DNA of 63,179 bases, filler included, from Malassezia furfur (GCA_052055015.1; 6 parts of 6 records of this genome joined end to end with filler, not necessarily neighbours in it), one strand, 5' to 3'. Shown: positions 33,891 through 45,869, numbered from the whole stretch's first letter. A program made the numbers and translations. Notes: generated by a model not told the origin, from the letters alone.

Positions 33891-35558
33891 ATGTCGTCGT
33901 CGGGTGGGGCGAAGCGGAGCAACGCGAATGGGACGTTTGGCGCGAGCGGGAGCTCGGCACCCGTGTTTGGGCCGAGTATCCCGTCGTCCGTGTACCCCAA
34001 AGACTCGGTGAAGGATGTGGCCGAGTCGCTCGGTATCGCAAACCTGCGCGACAACATCGCGACGGCGCTCGCGACCGACATCGAGTACCGCATCCGCGAC
34101 ATTGCACAGAGCGCGGCGAAGTACATGAAGCACGCCAAGCGCTCGCGCCTCACGACTGCGGACGTGGACAATGCGCTGCGCCAGAAAAACATCGAGCCAT
34201 TGTACGGCTTCTTCCCTCCGTACACGGGCGGCAAAGCGCGCGGTCCCTGGTTCCGCACGGTGCAGACCGCCTCGGGCACGCCGATGTACATGGTCGAGGA
34301 CGAGGAGGTGGACTTTGACACCGTACTCGAGACCGGCCCGCGCGTCGGCGTCGGCCGCGGCGTCGGCTGGCACGCCCACTGGCTGGCGATCGAAGGTATT
34401 CAGCCGCCCATCCCCGAAAACCCCGTGTTCCTTGCGCGGCAGTCGGCTGCCGGCGACACGGGCGTGCCGGATGCGGGCGAGGCCGCCGCGGAGCTCGGGA
34501 GCACCGCGGTCAAGCCGCTCGTCAAGCACGTTCTCTCGCGCGAGCTGCAGCTCTACTACGAGCGCCTCACCTCCTCCATCATCAACCCCCCTGCCGACGC
34601 CGAGACGGGCCAGGCGACTTCCCCACCGGAGCAAGTCGAGGCGGCGCAGCTCGACGTCTATGCCAAGGAGTCGAGCGGCAACACGGTGCGCGATGCGGCA
34701 CTCTCGAGCCTGCGAGGCGACGCGGGTATCCACCAGCTTGTGCCCTACCTGATCCAGTGGGTCGGCGCCAACGTCACGCATGTGTTGCGTACGCGGCCCA
34801 AGGATGCGGACGCGGGCGAACGCGAGCGCACGATCCACGTGCTGCGCACGATGCTCGACACGCTGCATGCGCTGCTGGTCAACCCGTCCATCTTTATCGA
34901 GCCGTACCTGCACCAGCTCATGCCCTCGGTGCTGTCCATCCTGCTCGCGGTCTACACGCTCTCGCACGAGTTGGACGCGGAGTGGGAGCGCTCGGCGGTC
35001 GCGCTGCGCATCTACGCCGCGACGCTGCTCGCGTACATCATCGACCACTTTGCCGAGAGCTACCCGACGCTGAAACCACGCGTGGTTGCGACACTGCTCC
35101 AGGCGCTGTTTGCGCGCGTGGACGATGGCACGGCCGCGACCGCGCTCGAGGCCTCGGGGTCGCTCGACGCCAAGCTCGGCGCGCTGCTGGCGCTCCGCAA
35201 GCTCGGTCCCGCGAGCTTCAAAACGCTGCTCGGCACTGTGGCCGTCTTGCCGCCGCTCGAGTCCTCGGAGGAGCACGACGCGGAGCGCGTGCCGCTGCGC
35301 GACATGGGCGCCTGGCTCCAGGCGGTGCCGGACGAGGGGCGCGCCGCGTTCCTCGCCAAGTGCATTGTCGAGCAGATTCGGCACGGCCTGCGCGAGCTTG
35401 GCACCTACGCTGAGGGCGCGCCGGCGGTGCCAGATGCAGCGACGCTCGCGCACCTGGAGGCCACCTACGGCGCCTACTGGGTCACCACAGTGCTTCACGA
35501 CGACGCGACGGCCCTCACGGCGCTCGCACAGTACCGCCCGCTGGCCGAGCACGACTAA
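33891..35558 (+). CDS. TAF6: TFIID/SAGA subunit Taf6
   Basis: Histone fold (KYMKHAKRSRLT, NIEPLYGF), AHWLAIEGIQP, KHVLSRELQLYY, IEPYLHQLMP. Confidence 0.96.
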   Translation: MSSSGGAKRSNANGTFGASGSSAPVFGPSIPSSVYPKDSVKDVAESLGIANLRDNIATALATDIEYRIRDIAQSAAKYMKHAKRSRLTTADVDNALRQKNIEPLYGFFPPYTGGKARGPWFRTVQTASGTPMYMVEDEEVDFDTVLETGPRVGVGRGVGWHAHWLAIEGIQPPIPENPVFLARQSAAGDTGVPDAGEAAAELGSTAVKPLVKHVLSRELQLYYERLTSSIINPPADAETGQATSPPEQVEAAQLDVYAKESSGNTVRDAALSSLRGDAGIHQLVPYLIQWVGANVTHVLRTRPKDADAGERERTIHVLRTMLDTLHALLVNPSIFIEPYLHQLMPSVLSILLAVYTLSHELDAEWERSAVALRIYAATLLAYIIDHFAESYPTLKPRVVATLLQALFARVDDGTAATALEASGSLDAKLGALLALRKLGPASFKTLLGTVAVLPPLESSEEHDAERVPLRDMGAWLQAVPDEGRAAFLAKCIVEQIRHGLRELGTYAEGAPAVPDAATLAHLEATYGAYWVTTVLHDDATALTALAQYRPLAEHD

Positions 35559-35563
35559 GTAGA

Positions 35564-36824
35564 CTACTTCTTCGCCTGAGCGATCTCCTTGTACTCCACG
35601 AGCCGCAGCAGGTTCCGCTGCAGCATCGACACAGTGATCTTGCCGATCGCGGGCAGGTACGCTCCGGCCCGGCTGCGCACGTCGCTCTCAAAGTTCTTCT
35701 CGGAGCTGAAGTTGATGCACGTCGCACCCTCCTTGATCCATGCGGTGGGCACCTTGTAGCTCGCCGACGGCACACCGCCCACGACCACGTCCGACTCGCG
35801 CACGCAGCTCTCCACATCGGGATGCTCGCACCCACACACGACGTGTGCGGACCGAAGCCGCGCCTTGGTGTTCTCGTCGTGCGCCGTGCGCACGCGCTCC
35901 GACTTGCGCAGGCCCGACACGCCCGCACCGTCGTCCTTGGCGAGCTTGTTGAACTCGACAATCGAGTCAATGTCCACCGAGAACACACGCGCACCGTCGT
36001 TGGCGAGCAGCGCCGCGAGCGGGCGGCCGACCACCTCGGAGCGGTTGATCACCGTGATCGTCCGCCCACGCAGACGGTCGCCGTATGGCAGCTGCGAGTC
36101 GTACACACCGGCCGACTCGAGCGCTTTCACCACCGCCAGGGGCGTGCACGGAAGGATGCTTTTGGCGTAGCCCGGCGGCGCCTTGTCATCCTTGCCGACA
36201 TTCGGGTCCAGGTTGAGCAGCTCGAGCTCGTTCGTGGTTCCGGGTGCGCTGCCGAGGTGTAGCGGATCAATCCAGCGCACGTTGTGGTACAGGTTCCAGC
36301 AGTAATAAAAGTTGAGGCCCTCGACGTCCTTGCGCGGGTCCACAATCTGCTGCAGGTAAGTGTCCTGGCGCCCGCCAAAGATGGGGTAGTACACCTAAGA
36401 GTCAGCACACGCGCACACGCACCATCACACCGTCCACGCTCTTGTCGCGGTTCGCGGCCAGGATCAGGTCCTCGACGTCCGCCTCGAGCCCAAAGTTTTG
36501 CAGGCTCTCCGACGCGCCGTTCTCGGAAGCGGCACTGTCTTGCTCGGCATCTTCCCACGTCTTCCAGATCTCAAAGTTGATGCCCACGGCCACGCACGCC
36601 TTGCGCGTCCACTCGGCGTAAGCAATGGACGGCGGACTCGGCTTGGCCAGGATACCCACAAGTTTGGGGATCGTACGGCCCGCCTCGCTGCGCTGCTTGA
36701 TGTCCGACTCAATGGTCTCCTGGAACGGCTTTGCGATCGCCGCCGCCTGCAGGAGCTTGCCGGGGTACTCGGGCTTGCTGGTCGCCATCACTTTGGTTGC
36801 CAGGACACTTGGACGCAGACGCAT
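35564..36824 (-). CDS. MTD1: NAD-dependent methylenetetrahydrofolate dehydrogenase; intron 36395-36422 (28 nt); second ATG at 36788
   Basis: VDGVMVYYPIFG, KDVEGL, ILPCTPLAVVK, NRSEVVGRPLAALLANDGA. Confidence 0.93.
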
Positions 36825-36958
36825 GGCGCGCCTCTACTTTTTCCTCCACGTGATGATGGAATCGGGGCTTCCGAACAACTTAGTGTACAATCTGGCACCC
36901 TACACTACAAGCGGTTCCAGGAGGCAGGGCTTACGACCGTAGCTCCAACATTCTCACA

Positions 36959-38322
36959 TTACACAGTCTTCCATTCCGAATCGTTCTCCGCAGCCACGTC
37001 GTTGCTCTTCTCCGCACCCGCGTTGGGCGCAGCGTTGGGCGCCGCACTCGGTGCCGCGCTCCTCCACGCGCCCTCGGTCTTGGGCTTGGGCGCGCGTGCC
37101 TTCTTCTCCTCCTGCTTCTGGCGCTCCTCGCGGCGTTGGCGGTCCTGCTCGCGGATCTTTTCCTCGATCTCGCGCTCACGCTGGCCCACATCGACCGGCT
37201 TCGCCGCACCGAACGGGTTGGAACGAGCCGAGCCCTGCGACGGCGACGTCGGCGTGCCCGACGGCGTCGAACCACGCGGCTTCAGGTCGAGCTTGCGGCG
37301 CTCCGTCGAGCCCTGGCTTCCGAGCGACGAGAGGCGCCCAGCTCGCCAGTTTGCAAAGCCCTCGTCGCTGGCGCCCGGCTCGCGACGCTCAAAACCGCCG
37401 CGGCGCTCGCCGTCTGCTGCGCCGAAGCCGAAGCGCGACGTGTTGTTGCGGCCCGTCACCGGCTTGCCCGTGCGCCAGTCGGACGCAACGTCGCTGCGGC
37501 TCGGCTCCATCGGCTCCATGTTCCGGCGCGGCGGGCGGTCGGCGGAGGGCGCAAACTTGCCGCCAAACCCGCTCCGCGAGCCATCGGCACCGACGCCCAT
37601 CTCGTCAAAGCCCGAGCCGGACGCAAAGTCGCCGAAACCGCCACGGTTCGACGCGGGGAGCGGCGTCGAGCGGCGCCATTGCGACGCGTCGTCCGCCATG
37701 GTGCTCTTCAGGCCGCGCGACGAGGGCTCCGCGACGCTGACACGCACGTTGCGGTTATCCAGAGGCCTGCCCGTGTACGTCAGCGCCTCCTTCAGCTGGT
37801 CGAGCGTCTCAAACTCCACGTAGCCATAGCCCTTCGGCCTGCCGTCATGGCCGCTCACCAGGCGCACACTCAGCGGCTTCAGCGGCTCAAAAAAGTATTG
37901 CACGTCCGACTCCGTGCTCTCAAACGACAAGTTCACCACAAATGCCGTGAACGGCGGCTCCGTGGGCAGCGGAGGCTCTTCACGCGCAAAGGGCGCACCC
38001 TGGTCATCGAAGCGGGACCGGCCCATCGGACGCGAACCGAGGCCACCCGCGCCAAAGCCAGACATTTGGTCACGAGGAGCGGCTGCAGCGTTAGTTACCG
38101 GAAAACAATGCCACACACGTACGAGCCGAGGGAAGTTCGTCCATCTCGTCGGCCCACGAGCTGCCGGTCGCTGTTGCCATGTTAGTACGCTGCACGGCGC
38201 CAAAGTAAGGACTCACTTTCGTCGGCCAAGAAGTCCACCAGGGACATCTTGTTTTGTTGCTTCTTAGGTGCTGTACATCGTTAGCATCCATCTTTGCAAG
38301 CCGCAGCCGAGCACCTACCCAT
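36959..38322 (-). CDS. TIF3: Translation initiation factor eIF4B; 4-nt first coding exon; introns 38271-38318, 38171-38216 and 38083-38122
   Basis: Spliced N-terminus MAPKKQQNKMSLVDFLADETTGSSWADEMD; RRM PPFTAFVVNL...KGYGYVEF; NPFGAAKPVD. Confidence 0.9.
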
Positions 38323-38399
38323 CTTGGAGGAATTGGTAGTAGTAGAGAAGGGAGACAGACATCACGTGCAGCGGCCGTGCGTGTTGGTTCTGGTGCAGC

Positions 38400-39164
38400 A
38401 TGAGCGGGGCTCAACCCGGCGGTGCGCCGCAGGTGTGCAACACGGCGAGCATTAAGGACACGAAGTACTTTTGCGATGATGCGATCGAGCGGGTAAGTAG
38501 CGCAATGCTCACGAAGTTCTTGACCCAACGGCCCAGCGCAGAACGGACCCCATCTGCCAAGGGCAAGGAGAAGTCGGCGGTCGAGTTTGCGCCGTTCCAG
38601 GCATCACACACGGTTGACGATGTGCTCATGGCGGTCAGTCTGACGGGATCAGTCATCATGCTCGGGACGGTCGGCTATGTGTACCTCAAAAAGGTGGAAT
38701 GGCCCATCGCGCGGCAGTACTACCTGGTCGCCGTGTCTACGTTTGCGGTGCTGTTTGCGATTCAGAGCGTGATCAAGTACTTTGCAGGGCCCCTTGTCTT
38801 CCGCGGCACGCGCAAGATGCTGTCGAACCGTGTATGTGCTCTGAGTGCTGATGCAGGTGGAAGTGGAATACCTTCGGATCCAGTCGCCTGCCCCTGGGGC
38901 GCCGAAAGTCTCGAACGAAAAGGCCGCCGATGGACGACCGATTCTGGTGCCGCCGGAGTATAAGCTTGAAGTGTGGTACACACGCAAGAGCAATGGCGGC
39001 AAGAGCGTCCTGGCAACAAAGCATGATCACATCGTCCTCGGTCACTTTGGTACGTGCTGCTTGGCGCTGACACAGGCGAGTGGTTCACCGAAAAGGGCGA
39101 GTTTGTAGAGTCGGTGTTCGAGCAGCGGCTGCTCACGAGCCTGCAGCGCGTTCTAGGTGAATAG
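38400..39164 (+). CDS. SPC2: Signal peptidase complex subunit Spc2 (SPC25); introns 38493-38516 (24 nt), 38832-38856 (25 nt) and 39050-39075 (26 nt)
   Basis: K..CDDAI, two TM helices, spliced C-terminal FGEWFTEKGEF. Confidence 0.8.
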
Positions 39165-39265
39165 ATGTCGTCTCGCCGGTCTCTGGGAGACCTTGAGTGT
39201 GCTTCTCCACATCGTTCACCTCGTTCTCCCACGACCGTTTGTCGCGACGGCGTGACGAGGTCGAC

Positions 39266-39691
39266 ATGCGCACCAATGATCTGACAGCGGAGCGCAACTG
39301 GCACCTGGGAAGCAAGCATGTGGGGATTGTCCATGTGTGCAAGTGTACCTGTTTCACAACAAACACAACTCTGATTCCGCTCTACGTGCCCACGCCGCAA
39401 GGCGACTTATGCAGCGCGTGCACCAAGCAATTCTGTCTCGAGCGTGCTGAGGGATGTCATGGCGCCCAGATCGCCGAGGTCAACGATGATACAGCAACCG
39501 GTTATGAGGGCCAGGTGTGGGCGAAGTGCTTTAGTATGTGGTAGGCTAACACAGTACGCGACCCCACAAAAGACCAATCGATCGTGCTCTTCTACCTGAT
39601 TGCTGTACTGGCTCTTCTTTTCTGGATATTCGTGCGGAGCCGGACAGGACAGGTATTATGGGCCCGCCTACGCGCTGCGCTACGTTTGTAA
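39266..39691 (+). CDS. Conserved fungal Cys-rich single-pass membrane protein of unknown function; intron 39534-39554 (21 nt)
   Basis: CKCTCF..NTTLIPL..CSACTKQFC..C..KCFIRDPTKDQSIV followed by a TM; splicing removes an in-frame TAG. Confidence 0.7.
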
Positions 39692-39973
39692 TTGTATAGA
39701 GTCACAAGTTTGATGGAAGGCGCGCAGCTGCCGGCGCAAAAACGAAGTCGTTCTCGTTATAAACACATTGTACTGCGGAACTCTCTCGTACAACCATCGC
39801 AACGCTGCAGCGCGAGCGCGGCCAGCTGTTGTGCGCGGAGCAGCTGGCCGAGCGGCCGACCGTCCAGCGCCTCCACGTCGCGCGCGGCGCGGCATATCGG
39901 GGAACCTACCAGGTCCTCTAACACGAAGGTTAAGCGCGTCGCACGCGGGGAAGCGCGTGGATCTCTCAGCACC

Positions 39974-40691
39974 ATGGAAGCCAAGTTGCAGTCGCTTAAG
40001 GTGCCGGAACTCAAGGAGTTGCTCACGAAGGCATCGTTGCCTGTTACTGGTAACAAGCCCGACCTGATCAAGCGGCTGCTTGAGAACCCTTCGGCGACGT
40101 CGTCGTTGGGGGACGCCGAGGCGTCTGCCCCAGAGACCGAGGCGAAGCCTGCCGCGTCGACGGAGCCCGCCGCGCCTGCCAGCGAGACGCAGGCGCCATC
40201 TGCTGCGCCTGAGGCGACCGACGCACCTGCTCCGCAAGCGCCGGACGCTGCGGAGTCGCCGGACCAGGAGGCACGCAAGCGCATGCATCTAGCCGAGCTG
40301 GAGAAGCGCAAGGCGCGTGCGATCCGCTTTGGACAGCCTACGGAAGAACTCGAGAAGGAGATTGCGCGTGTGACCAAGTTTGGTCTGCCGGAGGGTGAGG
40401 CAGATGCCACGCAAAAGATTGACCACGGTCTGCGCACCGGCAAGCGTGCCCAGCCGGCGGCTCAGCCGGGCCCGACGAAGCAGGCCAAGACCGAGACCAA
40501 GGCTCCTGCGGTGCCGGCGGTATCAGTAGGTGACGTTGCTTACGTGCAGGAGGAAGAGCTGGAGCGGAGAAAGCGCCGTGCCGAGCGCTTTGGGCTGGTC
40601 AATCCTGCCGAGGAGGAAAAGAAGCGCCAGCGCGCGGAGCGATTCAACGTGCGTAGCCGCGAGTCTGACGCAGGCGCCCAAGGCAGCGTAA
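39974..40691 (+). CDS. SAP-domain RNA-binding protein Tho1/SARNP-like; introns 40526-40549 (24 nt) and 40649-40673 (25 nt)
   Basis: SAP domain LKVPELKELL..LPVTGNKPDLIKRL; repeated RAxRFG motifs. Confidence 0.85.
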
Positions 40692-40731
40692 GCACATAAT
40701 TCCTGTAGGATTTTTTTTGGCAGTCAATTCG

Positions 40732-42177
40732 ATGCGCAACGCGCCGTGTGCCGTGTGTCGCGCCGAGGTGGCCAAGTATACCTGCCCATTCTGCGCGGCA
40801 GCGACATGCAGTCTGCCGTGCTTCAATGAGCACAAGGCGAACTCGGCGTGTGCATCGGCGCGCGCTTCACACGAGCGTCGCGAGGCGATCGGTGCGCCTT
40901 CGTCCCTGCTGCTGCGGGGCGAGCGCGATCCGTCGCGCTTCGTGTCGATGCGCAGCTACGACTACAACCAGATGATGCAGGACTACCAGTTCTTGAGCCA
41001 GGTTGGGCGTGTCGTGTCCTCGACTGGGAGAAATCTCGCCGAGGCACGCATGCTGCAGGAACCCAGCAGGCCGAATACCCCCGCACGGCGCCTGCCGGCC
41101 GCCCAGCATCGCCGTGAGCTGCTCAGCAAGCAGATTGGCTTTTTGAAACTGCCCTTGATGCTATTGCCAGACGGCATGTCCAAGCGGCAGCAGAACAAGA
41201 CGACCTACGATACCAAGAAGAAGCAGATCCTCTACACGGTGCAGTGTGCCTTCCCCTGCGCACGCCCTGCGCAGGCGCCTGTCGCAGTACACGGATTGCC
41301 CAGCACCACAGAACTGGGTGTGTGTCTCGCATCGGCTTTGTCGGTGCGCGACGCCGCGGACGAGCCGGACCACAAGCGGCCGCGCACCGATGCCCTGGCC
41401 GACTTCGGTGCACTGGGTTTGATGCGCGACGCCAGCGACGCGGACCGGCTTGGACCGCAGCGTGACACGCTCTTACTCCTGCGGGTCTACCCCCTGCGAC
41501 TGCGCAACGAAACCACCACACGTTTTTTGGACTGGTGGGCGCGCAAAGGCGCTGCGATGCACGACCCCAACGCTTCTGCCGAGCCAGCGCGTGCCGAGCC
41601 GCTCGTGCCTCAGCATGTCCTCGACACAGTCGCGCGGCTGCACGGTAATGAGCCTGATACTGCCGAAGAAGCCCTTGCGTGGTCGAGCACGGCGCTGTAT
41701 GTCGTGGTGTCGAGCGATGCATCGTTGGAGCGCGTGCTGCGCTCCCTGCCGGACGACTACGGCGTTGTCGAGTTCCTCGAGTTAGAGGTGTGGCCTGAGG
41801 ACACGATCCGAGCCGCTGAGCGCCGTGGGCGAGCCCGCGTCCTTGCGCTGCTACCGACGCCGCGCGAGGCACCGACGCCCCGCAAGGCGCCCGTAGCAGA
41901 GGCTGGCAACGACCCGGGCGCCGCACCGGCCGACGATGCGGATGAGCGGGGCGACACGATACCGTCGGTTCCCCACGAACCTCACGCGGCAAACGAAATG
42001 ACATTGGCGCCTGCTGCGCCGCTTGCCGACACCCGAGACGAAGCGTGCGCGGCCGAATCGCCGGCCACTGTCCCTGCTGCACCCCCTGCGCCCGCTGCAC
42101 CCCGTGCGCCTGTCGCAGCGGCCACCGCCGAGTCGACCCTTGTAGCCTATGCCAGCTCCGAGAGTGAGGAAGAATAG
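40732..42177 (+). CDS. BCD1: zf-HIT box C/D snoRNP biogenesis factor Bcd1-like
   Basis: CAVC..KYTCPFC..TCSLPCFNEHK; YDYNQMMQDYQFL; LPDGMSKRQQNKT. Confidence 0.8.
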   Translation: MRNAPCAVCRAEVAKYTCPFCAAATCSLPCFNEHKANSACASARASHERREAIGAPSSLLLRGERDPSRFVSMRSYDYNQMMQDYQFLSQVGRVVSSTGRNLAEARMLQEPSRPNTPARRLPAAQHRRELLSKQIGFLKLPLMLLPDGMSKRQQNKTTYDTKKKQILYTVQCAFPCARPAQAPVAVHGLPSTTELGVCLASALSVRDAADEPDHKRPRTDALADFGALGLMRDASDADRLGPQRDTLLLLRVYPLRLRNETTTRFLDWWARKGAAMHDPNASAEPARAEPLVPQHVLDTVARLHGNEPDTAEEALAWSSTALYVVVSSDASLERVLRSLPDDYGVVEFLELEVWPEDTIRAAERRGRARVLALLPTPREAPTPRKAPVAEAGNDPGAAPADDADERGDTIPSVPHEPHAANEMTLAPAAPLADTRDEACAAESPATVPAAPPAPAAPRAPVAAATAESTLVAYASSESEEE

Positions 42178-42273
42178 CGATACCCATGGCATCTATACAC
42201 ACTGCGGGCGTACCCATCACTGCTGGCGCATCTTGCTGCGCTTGCCCGTCTGCGCCTGGAAACCGGTCTTGAT

Positions 42274-42373
42274 NNNNNNNNNNNNNNNNNNNNNNNNNNN
42301 NNNNNNNNNNNNNNNNNTTAATTAATTAANNNNNNNNNNNNNNNNNNNNNNNNNNNNNNNNNNNNNNNNNNNN
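42274..42373. other. Artificial contig spacer
   Basis: 44 N + TTAATTAATTAA + 44 N. Confidence 0.98.
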
Positions 42374-43913
42374 CACCAACGCGCGCGGCGCTGGGCGGCG
42401 GCGTGGCGTGCTGCCACACACGCACGCGCGGCGCACCGTGCGCCGCCTCGGCCACGCGGCGGGGCCAGTGCACAAACGGCGGCAGGTTTACCAGGGTCGA
42501 CGCACGAAAACGAAACGCCCGATTCGCATACTCGCGTGTGTGGGCCGGCACATCGCGTGCGTCCGAGTACTGCGGCGCGGCGTACGCGACCTCGGGCTCG
42601 TCAAAGTGCGCAAACGTGCGCACCACCTGCTCGGTCGTCGGCGGGGCCACACGGAACGCGTACCAGCCGCGCACGGGTGCCGACACCGCCGTGCGCCGCC
42701 GCTTGGGCGCGCGTGTTGGCGACGCGGCGTGCGGCGAAGGAGCACGACGTGCGGCGCGCGCCGCGGTCCGGGGCGGCGACGGCGGCGGCGACGTAAGTAC
42801 GGTCTGCGTTGCATGCGGAGACGATGCCGAGGGGCCCTGGCTACCTTGGCCGCCCTGGCTGCCCTGACCGCCCTGGCTCTGCACGTGGTCCAAGTCAAAC
42901 ATCTTGGCCGAGGCGCCCGATGCGTCCGGCGGCGCCACGGCCTCGAGGCCGTGCGGGTGAAAGAGCTCAGGCGTAATGTACGTATCCAGCACGTACTGCG
43001 CCATGTCCGGCACGGTGCGTGTTTCTTCGGCGGCATCGGTGTCGATGCGTGCCGCAAGCTGCTCGGCATGCCGCGCGCTCGCGACCCACGGGGTATCGGA
43101 TGCCTGTGCCTGTGTGTGTGGCAGGCTCGTCTCGGGCGTCGGGTCGAGCCCGAGCTTTTCGCGGCGCGCACGCTCCTGGGCCCACAGGCCACGCAGCGTC
43201 GGGACGAGCGGCTCGGTGTGTGCGGCGTCCGGGGCATCGTAGGCCGCACGCATGCGCCGCCGGTTTGCGATCTGGTGCGCACCGACGTCGCCCTCGAGCG
43301 CCACGTACGTGTCGCGTGGGAGCCCGACGTCGTCACGGAGCACGAGCGAGTCGAGTTCCATGTAGTCGCACCCCGACAGGCTGTAGTCGAGCATCCACTG
43401 CAGGTGGTACGCGACATGCGCCTCCATCGGCTGGAATACGGTGTCGAGCACCTTGCCGCTTTCGAGCAGCGCGGCGAGGCGCGTGCGCAGCGCGGGGTCC
43501 ACGTACGAGATCTTCAGGTAGTAGTGTTGCTCCTCCACATAGCCGTAGAACGGCGTGCCCTTGCACAGGTGGATCGCGGCGATGAGCTGCACGTCGCGCG
43601 ACGGCTGGTACAGCGCGTGGGCGAGTGCGCGGTTCAGCGCGTGCCCGAGCGCCTGGATGTAGGGCAGCACGGCGTCGGGCACGAGTGCGCCGGTGTACTC
43701 CACATAGCAGTAGGGGAACACGTTGTGCACATGCACGCAGCAGCGCTCGCCGCTCGGTGTAGCGCCATACGCACGCAGTACTGGCACGAGTGGAAGGCGT
43801 GCCTTGGAAGCAAACGCGCTTTCCGCGCGGTCGTAGCGGCCCGGGGCGGTCAGCACATAGTCCACGTTCGTCAGGTACACGCGCCACGCGCCGCCCCCCG
43901 GGGCGCCGCGCAT
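42374..43913 (-). CDS. REV3: DNA polymerase zeta catalytic subunit, N-terminal part (3' lost in the gap)
   Basis: [55 protein letters not shown]. Confidence 0.9.
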
Positions 43914-43983
43914 CGACGTGGGGTCCGAGTCACGTGCACCAGCGTCTCCCGCCGGCCTCGCCCCGACGACCAGCGGTAGCACG

Positions 43984-45782
43984 ATGGAAGACGACGAGCA
44001 GTTGTATCCCATCGCGATCTTAATCGACGAGCTGAAGTCTGAGGATGTGACGCTACGTCTCAACTCGATCCACCGTATCTCGACCATTGCGCTCGCGCTC
44101 GGCCCCGAGCGTGCGCGCGACGAGCTGATCCCCTTCCTCCACGAGTCGCTCGACGACGAGGACGAGGTGCTGCTCGCGCTCGCCGAGGAACTCGACGCGA
44201 ACTTTGCGGAATACTTGGGCGGGAACCAGTATGCACATCTGCTGCTCGGCCCGCTCGAAAACCTGGCGACCGTCGAGGAGACCGTCGTGCGCGAAAAGGT
44301 ACGTTGCCGCCGCCCCACTGACCCACGCAGGCGTGCGAGTCGATCAACAAGATCGCCAAGGTGCTGAGCGAGCAGCAGGTTCAGGAATACTACCTTCCCC
44401 TGCTCAAGCGCCTTTCGAACGGCGACTGGTTCACGTCGCGCACAAGCGCCGCCTCGCTCTTCGCCTCGGTGTACGACCGCGTGCCGGCGACGATGCGCGC
44501 CGAACTGCTCGGCATGTTTGCGATGCTGTGCCACGACGACACGCCCATGGTGCGCCGCGCCGTCGCGCGCGACATGAGTGCGCTCGTGAAGCAGATGCCC
44601 AAGGAGCTGGTTGTCTCCGATATCCTCCCGCTATACCGCCGCCTGTCGACCGACGAGCAGGACTCGGTGCGCCTGCTTACCGTGCAGGACCTCGTGGCGA
44701 TCGCCGAGGTGCTTGATAAGAACGAGATGCAGCAGCTCCTCCTCAACTCGATTCGCGCCGCCTTCCAGGACAAGAGCTGGCGCGTGCGCTACATGGCGGC
44801 GGACCACTTTGTGAAGCTGGCCTCAGCCGTGAACGAAAAGGTGGTTCAAGAAGACCTCGTGCCCGCCTACGTCAACCTCATGCGCGACGCCGAGGCCGAG
44901 GTGCGCACGGCCGCCGCGAGCCAGACGCCGGGCCTCGCCAAGTTGATGGACCAGCAGACCATTTTGGACCACCTGATGCCGGTCGCCAAGGAGCTCGCCG
45001 ACGACCCCTCGCAGCACGTGCGTGGTGCGCTCGCGGCGCAGATCAGCGCACTCGCGCCGCTCCTCGGCAAGGACGCCACGATCGAGCACCTTTTGCCACT
45101 CTTCCTGCAGCTGCTCAAGGACGAGTTCCCAGACGTGCGCCTGAACATCATCTCGCGCCTCGAGCAGGTGAACGAGGTAATCGGCATCGATCTCCTGTCT
45201 CAGTCGCTACTCCCGGCCATCATGGAGCTTGCCGAGGACAAGCAGTGGCGTGTGCGCCAGGCGATCATTGAAAACATCCCGCTGTTGGCGCTGCAGCTCG
45301 GCGTGCAGTTCTTCAACGAACAGCTGAGTAGCCTGTGCATGAGTTGGCTCGGTGACACGGTCTTCTCTATCCGCGAGGCTGCTACGATTAACCTGAAAAA
45401 GCTCACCGAGGTGTTCGGCGTGGAATGGGCGCGCACCACCATCATCCCCAAGGTGTTGCAGATGAGCACGCACCCCAACTACCTCTATCGGATGACGACC
45501 ATCTTTGCGGTAACCACCATGGCACCGTCGTTGGATACAGACACGATCCTCAACAGCGTGCTGACGACCATGCTTCCCATGGTACAGGACTCGGTGCCCA
45601 ACATCCGCTTCAACGTCGCCAAGGCCTTTGAGGTGCTCTCGACCGAGCTCAGCAAGACGCCCGAGGGCCGGCGCGCCATCCAAGACAAGATCAACCCGGC
45701 CCTGCAGGTCCTCAGCGAGGACCGGGATGCAGACGTGCGCTACTATGCCACGCACGCCCTGCAGACCACCGCGAATGTGTAG
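43984..45782 (+). CDS. TPD3: PP2A scaffold subunit A; intron 44299-44330 (32 nt)
   Basis: [46 protein letters not shown] repeats. Confidence 0.97.
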
Positions 45783-45869
45783 TCGATAGCGATTCAACGG
45801 GGCCCGCGCGCCATGTGGAGAAAAAAGTGACGTCCGCGGCGGACGGAGTTTAGTTTTCCGGCTACCGGC

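Noticed and set aside
43914..44534. Apparent 200-aa N-terminal extension of REV3 overlapping PP2A-A
   Set aside because: It is the antisense of PP2A-A; Rev3 similarity starts at ATG 43913
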